In this document: positions 14,371-20,000 of the stretch, piece by piece
Numbering within the stretch: the first letter of the stretch is position 1
How the letters are laid out: every line of letters starts with the position of its first letter
IMG/VR virus record: IMGVR_UViG_3300028797_000012
Length of the DNA: 20,000 bases
Direction: 5' to 3' (one strand)
Origin: an uncultured virus (IMG/VR IMGVR_UViG_3300028797_000012)
Taxonomy: Duplodnaviria; Heunggongvirae; Uroviricota; Caudoviricetes
Translations under genes and position numbers: made by a program
The notes under the pieces: model-generated
The model's input: only the letters and a program-made list of their open reading frames with translations
Told to the model about the DNA's origin: nothing
The model's database searches: none

Positions 14371-14597
14371 TGTTCGTGAACGACTACAGGCCGACGAAAA
14401 GGGTCGGCATCGAAGAACTTGATGGCTGCATCAAGCTGTTGAGCGAGGCGGCCGAGGCGCTGAGGGAAGAAGGCGTCATGGGCTACGAGCAGTATGAAGG
14501 AGCCGCACTGGCCCTCTCGCTCATAAGGTACGGAAAATTCGAGTACCCACACGAATTCGTCGGGGTGTTCGAGAACAAGCTGGCAGAAACCTACTAG
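14370..14597 (+). CDS. Hypothetical protein
   Basis: TAATG overlap with the upstream stop; MFVNDYRPTKRVG...; fills the gap in the operon. Confidence 0.7.
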   Translation: MFVNDYRPTKRVGIEELDGCIKLLSEAAEALREEGVMGYEQYEGAALALSLIRYGKFEYPHEFVGVFENKLAETY

Positions 14598-14611
14598 AAC
14601 AGGAGAACAAA

Positions 14612-15220
14612 ATGCCGCAAATCGACAGGAACGCACTTGCAAACACCGAGGCGAAGGTAGGCGGTGGTGGCGGATTCGAGCAGATGGAGCCTGGTGTGTA
14701 CGAGCTGTACATCCAGGCTGTCCGCACCGAATGGGACACCCAGCAGGGCCACACCGACGGCATGAAGAAGCAATGCGTCAGGCTTATCTGGGACGTCGCG
14801 TCCGGGCCGTTCGAGAAGAAGTACACCGACGCGTACTTCGTCGGCTGGGACGGCTCGCCGCTGGTCGACAAGGACTTCATGCACAGCTGCTACCTCAGCT
14901 GGAAGAAGCTTGAGTACTTCAAGCACAACATCAACGTGCTCAACGCCTGCAACCCTGGAAAATTCGACGCGCTGGCCGCATTCGAGGCCGACCGCTGGGA
15001 CATGTTCGTCGGGAAGAAGTTCTGGGCCGTGCTCAACGGCGAGGTGGACTTGAACGACAACGGATATGACCGCTGGAAGCTCAGCGTCGGCGCATGGCTC
15101 ACCCCCGAGATGGTGCGCAACGGCGAGATACCCGCCCCGCAGGTGGTGGACAACCGCGGCAAGGCGAAGGGCGGCGGCCAGCAGGCCCCCGCAACGTACG
15201 GCGCAACACTGAACGTGTAA
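14612..15220 (+). CDS. Probable phage single-stranded DNA-binding protein (DUF669/gp2.5-like)
   Basis: SD AGGAG; FEQMEPGVYELYI...LIWDVASGPF...FVGKKFWAVLNGE pattern; flexible C-terminal tail; follows a Sak4-like ATPase. Confidence 0.6.
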   Translation: MPQIDRNALANTEAKVGGGGGFEQMEPGVYELYIQAVRTEWDTQQGHTDGMKKQCVRLIWDVASGPFEKKYTDAYFVGWDGSPLVDKDFMHSCYLSWKKLEYFKHNINVLNACNPGKFDALAAFEADRWDMFVGKKFWAVLNGEVDLNDNGYDRWKLSVGAWLTPEMVRNGEIPAPQVVDNRGKAKGGGQQAPATYGATLNV

Positions 15221-15223
15221 GCC

Positions 15224-15799
15224 ATGGGCGCTGTCATTTGGAAGGACACGCGCCAGCATCACGGGAAGCACGCCGTCAAGGAAGAGTGGTGGGAGTCCCA
15301 CGGGGTTCCCACCGTGCTCAAGAAGCTCGATTTCGGAGACTACCAGATCGACGGGTCAAACGTCAGCGTCGACACGAAGCAGGGCCTTGCCGAAATAGCC
15401 GGAAACCTCAGCAGGGAGCACAACCGCTTCAGGCGCGAGGTCGAGCGCGCGAACGACGCGGGCTTCCTGCTCGTCGTGCTCGTCGAGACGAACGAGGCCG
15501 AATGCCTTGAGGACGTCCGCAAGTGGTGCAACACGCACTGTCTGAAATGCACCTACAGGCACGGTGGGCTGTGCAACCCGCGCGACGACGGCGTATGCCA
15601 GCGCCACGGTACGAAGCACCCCGTCCAGGGCGAGATGCTCGCGAAGCAGATGAAGACCATGGAGTCGCGCTACTCGGTGCGCTTCGAGTTCGTGCGACCG
15701 GAAAACAGCGCAAAGAGGATATGCGAGCTATTGGGGGTGAAGCATGACACAAAGGCTGAAAGCGATACCGACGACGTATCACGGAATCGAGTTCCGTAG
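15224..15799 (+). CDS. ERCC4-family nuclease (possible Holliday-junction resolvase)
   Basis: DTRQ...KKLDFGDY...VSVDTKQGLAEI..NL...RFRREVERA...LVVLVE ERCC4 motifs, with a Cys/His-rich insertion. Confidence 0.85.
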   Translation: MGAVIWKDTRQHHGKHAVKEEWWESHGVPTVLKKLDFGDYQIDGSNVSVDTKQGLAEIAGNLSREHNRFRREVERANDAGFLLVVLVETNEAECLEDVRKWCNTHCLKCTYRHGGLCNPRDDGVCQRHGTKHPVQGEMLAKQMKTMESRYSVRFEFVRPENSAKRICELLGVKHDTKAESDTDDVSRNRVP

Positions 15800-16283
15800 C
15801 AAGCTCGAAGCGAAGTACGCCCAAGCATTCGACCGCCTCGGCATCGTGTGGGAATACGAAGGCCACGGATTCAGGTTCGACGACGGGACATGCTACTGCC
15901 CTGATTTCTACATGCCCGAAATCGACACTTATTTCGAGGTAAAGGGCGTACTCGACGAGGAAAGCCTGCGCAAGATCAAGCTGCTCGTGATGGAAATGAA
16001 AAGGGTCGTTGTCGGAGGCCCTGATGGGTCTATGACAATATACGACTTCTTCAACGACGTCGACAACGGTTACAACCCGAATGGCGAGATCGTGGAAAAC
16101 AAGGGGTATCTCAGCGTGTGCGAGAAATGCAAGAAGGCCCACTTCTCGCCCTCCGATTGGTTCGTCGAGGCGTGCCCGAACAAAGAACACGATGAAAGCA
16201 ACTGCGACATGAACCATCTTTGGAAGTGGCAGGAAGACCACGAGAATGTTTTCGAGGCTGCGGGGTGGGAGCGTGGCTGGTAG
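15744..16283 (+). CDS. PD-(D/E)XK endonuclease-like protein
   Basis: KAIPTTYHGIEFRSKLEAKYAQAFDRLGIVWEYE...YCPDFYMPEIDTYFEVKG motif; C-terminal CxxC. Confidence 0.85.
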   Translation: MTQRLKAIPTTYHGIEFRSKLEAKYAQAFDRLGIVWEYEGHGFRFDDGTCYCPDFYMPEIDTYFEVKGVLDEESLRKIKLLVMEMKRVVVGGPDGSMTIYDFFNDVDNGYNPNGEIVENKGYLSVCEKCKKAHFSPSDWFVEACPNKEHDESNCDMNHLWKWQEDHENVFEAAGWERGW

Positions 16284-16287
16284 CAAG

Positions 16288-18357
16288 ATGCGCGAAGCCG
16301 CGGTAAGCTACGCGGAAAAACACGGTTTCGCAGTGTTCGTGACGCCATACGGCGAGAAGGACCCGTATAGCGGGTCGCACGGCTTCTACGACGCAACGAG
16401 CAATCCGCTCGAAGTAATCTCGTTGTTCAGCATAAAGCCCAACTCGAACATAGCGCTTTCATGCGGGGCGCCTTCGGGCAATGTCGTCGTTATAGACGTT
16501 GACAACAAAAACGGGAAGGACGGGTCCGGATCGCTGCGCGACTGGGAACTCGAACACGGCGACCTTCCTGAAACGGTAACGTGCTGCACTCCGACGGGCG
16601 GGTACCATTACTACTACCGCGTAGACAGGGAAATCCGCCCGAGCACAAACGACGAGCTCGGCATAGATATACGTGGTGACGGTTCGTACGTGATGCTGCC
16701 GCCATCGGTGCATCCCGACACGAACACCGAGTACGTATGGGAGTTCGACCCAAACGAAACGGAGATAGCGGACGCGAACGACCTCGTGTACGAGCTCGTA
16801 AAATACGTCCAGTCGCCTGAAAACGGCGGGAGCGGCACGAACAGCGCGACCAAGAAAGTGGATGCGTCCACCTTCAACGAAGGGGGGCGCAACAACCAGC
16901 TGTTCAAGATGGCGTGCTCGTTCATGTCGCAATCGTGGCCCGACAACGCCGTCGAGAGCAGCATCATGGCGTACAACAAAAGCTTCGACAACCCGCTTCC
17001 AGACAACGAGGTTCGAAAGATTATCAAGTCGGCCTTGAAGTTGCCAAGGGGAAAATCCGAAGAATACTACAGAGGGGAGCTCGACAATCAAAGCGGCGAA
17101 ACGGCCATGCAGAGGTTCAACCACGTCACGGTGGCGCAAGAGCTGCTTGGAAAATACGGCGCATGCTATCTCGACGGCGCGCCCGCTGTGTACGATGGCA
17201 TGCGGTACCGCATCGGATGGGATGCAATAGAAAGGGCCGTCATATCCATAAGGCCGAACGCAACCCAGAAAAACCGCAACGAGGTACGAGACTACTTGCG
17301 GATAATGATGCCGAACGAAAGTGCCGCGCCGTCAAAGTTCATAGCGTTCACAAACGGTGTCCTCGACGTAGAGACGATGGACCTGATGAGCTTAACCCCT
17401 GAACTGCGGATACCGAATGTAATACCTCATGATTTCGACGAAGATGCGAGGTCCGACGTCATGGACAAGACGCTTGCAAGGATCTCGTGCAACGACCCAT
17501 TCATAGAGCACAACCTTTGTGAGTTCATGGGGTTGTGCATGCTCAGGGACAGCAAATACGGGTACAGCGCGATTCTGCTCGGAAAACAGGGCGACAACGC
17601 AAGCAACGGTAAGAGCACGTACATACGCATGCTCGCGAATATCCTGGGAAAGGAAAACTACTCGTCTCTCGACCTCGGGATAATCGCGAAAAGGTTCCAG
17701 GCGTTGCAGCTCATGGGGAAACTCGCCAACCTCGGAGACGACATCGGAAACGAGTTCGTCAAGGGCAACGACCTGGCGCTCGTCAAGAAGATAATCACGG
17801 GCGAGGACGTGTACACCGACGTCAAGGGCACGAAAGGATTAACGTTCGTGCCGTACTGCACGCTGGTGTTCAGCGCGAACAGGTTCCCGAAGCTCGGAGA
17901 CGACAGCGAGGGCGTCATGAGGCGCCTGTTCCCGATACGGTTCAACGCCAAGTTCTCGCCGAAAGACCCCGACTTCGACCCGGACATCTCGAAGAAGCTC
18001 GCAGAGGAGACAGCCGTGCAGGCGGCGATATCCAGAGGAGTCTTGGGATTGAGGCGGGTCATAGAGAACCGCCGCCCCACACCCAACTCCGACAGCGAGA
18101 ACATTGTCCACGAAATAAAAGTAGACAACTGCTCACTGCTCCAGTGGCTGGAAGACAACGACATGGTTCGGGATGACCTGATCGGATGGGAGACGTCGTA
18201 CGCGTACGAAAGGTACAAAACCTGGTGCGACAAGAGCGGCGTGAAGAACCCATACGGGAAGCCATCGTTCGGTCGGGAGGTGGCCGACAAGCTGAATTTC
18301 AAGACGGTCGTGGAACGCCGCGACGGAAGGCCGATGCGCGTCTACTCGGAGCGGTGA
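16288..18357 (+). CDS. Primase-helicase: Prim-Pol domain + PriCT + D5/P4-type SF3 helicase
   Basis: NIALSCG...VVIDVD...TPTGGYHYYY...GIDIRGDGSYVMLPPSVHP (Prim-Pol); EGGRNNQLF...NPLPDNEV..I (PriCT); NGKST, LANLGDDI, LVFSAN, RRL (SF3); C-terminal winged helix. Alternative start GTG 16273. Confidence 0.93.
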   Translation: MREAAVSYAEKHGFAVFVTPYGEKDPYSGSHGFYDATSNPLEVISLFSIKPNSNIALSCGAPSGNVVVIDVDNKNGKDGSGSLRDWELEHGDLPETVTCCTPTGGYHYYYRVDREIRPSTNDELGIDIRGDGSYVMLPPSVHPDTNTEYVWEFDPNETEIADANDLVYELVKYVQSPENGGSGTNSATKKVDASTFNEGGRNNQLFKMACSFMSQSWPDNAVESSIMAYNKSFDNPLPDNEVRKIIKSALKLPRGKSEEYYRGELDNQSGETAMQRFNHVTVAQELLGKYGACYLDGAPAVYDGMRYRIGWDAIERAVISIRPNATQKNRNEVRDYLRIMMPNESAAPSKFIAFTNGVLDVETMDLMSLTPELRIPNVIPHDFDEDARSDVMDKTLARISCNDPFIEHNLCEFMGLCMLRDSKYGYSAILLGKQGDNASNGKSTYIRMLANILGKENYSSLDLGIIAKRFQALQLMGKLANLGDDIGNEFVKGNDLALVKKIITGEDVYTDVKGTKGLTFVPYCTLVFSANRFPKLGDDSEGVMRRLFPIRFNAKFSPKDPDFDPDISKKLAEETAVQAAISRGVLGLRRVIENRRPTPNSDSENIVHEIKVDNCSLLQWLEDNDMVRDDLIGWETSYAYERYKTWCDKSGVKNPYGKPSFGREVADKLNFKTVVERRDGRPMRVYSER

Positions 18358-18360
18358 AAA

Positions 18361-18566
18361 GCGTTACAGATCGTTACAGTGTTACAGATGAATTGGCAAA
18401 ATGTTACAGATGAACCGTAACTGTTACAGATGCTCTGTAACGGAGTTTTAGCAGATGGTAGCCTTGTGTTACAGCGTTACAGATGTGCGTAACATTCTTT
18501 TAAAAAGCAAGAAAATAATAATAAAGGGGGGTAAGTATACGCGCGTGAATCTGTAACACCGTAACA
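18361..18566. repeat. Iteron-type replication origin candidate
   Basis: GTTACAG direct copies at 18363, 18373, 18381, 18403, 18423, 18468 and 18476. Inverted CTGTAAC at 18435 and 18551, and GTAAC at 18417, 18489 and 18561. AT-rich tract near 18495-18525; directly after the primase-helicase. Confidence 0.8.
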
Positions 18567-18583
18567 GGCGAAGGAGGGAACCG

Positions 18584-18769
18584 ATGGACACGGAGCAGTG
18601 CCCTTTCACTGGAGGGGAGTGCGACGGCGGGATCGTGTATCCGGACGGAACGGTCGGGTGCGGGTTCAAGCCGAGCGCCGACGACGAGTGCGTGTGGTTC
18701 GCCGACGTCCCGGACGGCATGTCGCCACGCGACTTCTACAACGATGCAGTCATCTCCGTCCTGACCTAG
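18584..18769 (+). CDS. Small Cys-containing acidic hypothetical protein
   Basis: SD AAGGAGG; four Cys; GC3-biased codons. Confidence 0.7.
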   Translation: MDTEQCPFTGGECDGGIVYPDGTVGCGFKPSADDECVWFADVPDGMSPRDFYNDAVISVLT

Positions 18770-18869
18770 CGGCAGGCGGGGCGCAAACCCAACAACTCAA
18801 GCAATACAAACAACCGCAGCGGACGGCCATCGCGTCCGTGCGGATTCCCATTGTCAAGAAGGAGACAAC

Positions 18870-19178
18870 ATGGAAAACGGCAACTCGCTACATATCGACG
18901 GGACCGTCGGTCTAAGCATCGTCAAGCTCAACTTCCCGTTGAAACCCAAGCACGTCGTCTACAACGACCCGGCGACCGTCATCGTTTGGGACGACGGAAC
19001 GAAGACGGTCGTCAAGTGCCACGACGGGGACGTCTACGACAAGCGCGAGGGCTTCCTGCTCTGCTGCGCGAAGAAGCTCATGGGCAACACCGGGTCTTAC
19101 AACGACGAGATGAAGGAGCGCGCCCCCGAACTCCACGGACTGAAGTTCTGCCTGGACTCGCTGGGGAAGGGGCTCTAG
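18870..19178 (+). CDS. Conserved phage hypothetical protein
   Basis: SD AAGGAG; VVYNDPATVIVWDDGTKTVVKCHDGDVYDKREGFLLCCAKKLMGN is a motif I recognise from many gut and Gram-positive phages; function unknown. Confidence 0.85.
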   Translation: MENGNSLHIDGTVGLSIVKLNFPLKPKHVVYNDPATVIVWDDGTKTVVKCHDGDVYDKREGFLLCCAKKLMGNTGSYNDEMKERAPELHGLKFCLDSLGKGL

Positions 19179-19180
19179 AG

Positions 19181-19444
19181 ATGAGCTCTTGCAGGAACGG
19201 CGGGCGGGACGTGCCGGAGAAGCCCGACCGCCCCTTCTACCTGAAGAAGTTCTTCGACCCGGTGGTCAGGGAGGACGGCTCGGTGCTGTACGTCCCGAAG
19301 CACCAGTCGGTCAAGCAGCTCGGCCAACCGCCGTGGACCCTGGAGGCCCCCGACCTCGGCGTCATACCGCAGAGCTGCTCCGACCTGGTCGGCGCCATCG
19401 AGTGGCGCGGCATGCGCTTCGAGAAGGTGGACGCCGATGAATAG
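19181..19444 (+). CDS. Hypothetical protein
   Basis: ATG 19181 lies 2 nt after the upstream stop; GC3-biased; overlaps the next gene. Confidence 0.7.
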   Translation: MSSCRNGGRDVPEKPDRPFYLKKFFDPVVREDGSVLYVPKHQSVKQLGQPPWTLEAPDLGVIPQSCSDLVGAIEWRGMRFEKVDADE

Positions 19445-19688
19445 CTCGTGGGACCGCAAGCCGAGGTGGAAGGGCGTCGTGGTGAAGCAGCTCCCGACCG
19501 GGGCGAAGGTCGTCGTGGAGGACGGCGAGACGTCCCACACCGTGCAGATCGGCATGAAGCTGTCCGGGGAGCGCAGCTACACGTTCGCATCGAAGGCCGA
19601 AGACTCCGTCGTCGCCGTAAAGGTGGACGGGGAGCGGTGGACGAGGGTGGCAGCGCGCGACTTCGACGACGTTGACGCGCTTGAGTGA
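19437..19688 (+). CDS. Hypothetical protein
   Basis: Overlapping start with AAGGTGG SD; GC3-biased codons. Confidence 0.7.
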   Translation: MNSSWDRKPRWKGVVVKQLPTGAKVVVEDGETSHTVQIGMKLSGERSYTFASKAEDSVVAVKVDGERWTRVAARDFDDVDALE

Positions 19689-19804
19689 GGTGCACAAGGC
19701 GCGTTAATCGCTCAGATGGGTACTGACTAGGGTTTGAGCGCTATCGCGTCTCTGCACCGCCGTGACACACCTTAAACGAGAAAAATCAACCAAAGGACAG
19801 AAGA

Positions 19805-20000
19805 ATGATTATCGAAATCGAAGGCGCTCCCTTCCGAATCTCGGGAGAGGACACCGATTGGCAGGTCCAGTACAGGAAGAAACGCGGCGATGACGAGTCG
19901 TGGGTGGGGAAGTACTACTTTCCATCGCTCGAATACGCCGTCATGAAGGCAGCCGACCTTTTGAAGCGCAAGTCGCCCAAGAACGCCAAGTCCATCGCCG
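19805..20000 (+). CDS. Hypothetical protein, 3'-truncated by the window edge
   Basis: SD AAAGGA; MIIEIEGAPFRISGEDTDWQVQYRKKRGDDESWVGKYYFPSLEYAVMKAADLL... stays open to the end of the window. Confidence 0.7.
   Translation, partial: MIIEIEGAPFRISGEDTDWQVQYRKKRGDDESWVGKYYFPSLEYAVMKAADLLKRKSPKNAKSIA

Noticed and set aside
18361..18566. Possible CRISPR array
   Set aside because: Repeats are only 7-10 nt, irregularly spaced and in both orientations, with no 30-40 nt spacers or cas genes; an iteron origin fits better.

Overview
A 20-kb slice of a temperate, tailed, GC-rich bacteriophage genome. The host is probably a high-GC Gram-positive anaerobe such as Coriobacteriia; this is inference only. 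Left to right: (1) the end of the tail module, with a 5'-truncated mosaic tail fibre, a second tail/adhesin protein and a CBM5/12-repeat protein; (2) a lysis cassette of three membrane proteins plus a two-catalytic-domain endolysin; (3) an accessory island (about 8720-9965) with its own promoters, an amber minigene leader, a small basic protein, a cloverleaf-like RNA, an AT-rich HNH endonuclease abutting an orphan tRNA 3' half, and tRNA-Ser(GCT); (4) an intact attP whose core is the 3' half of tRNA-Lys(CTT), so this is the excised/virion arrangement; (5) a tyrosine integrase and cI/cro switch; (6) about 425 nt of highly structured non-coding leader with two boxA-like motifs and stem-loops displaying anti-Shine-Dalgarno sequences; (7) early and replication genes (Xis-like, AAA ATPase with a probable ATC start, SSB-like, ERCC4 and PD-(D/E)XK nucleases, Prim-Pol/SF3 primase-helicase), an iteron origin and small hypotheticals. 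The best candidates for undescribed biology are the anti-SD stem-loop array after cro and the RNA/translation-centred accessory island. All protein calls come from motif recognition by eye; no database search or folding program was run.
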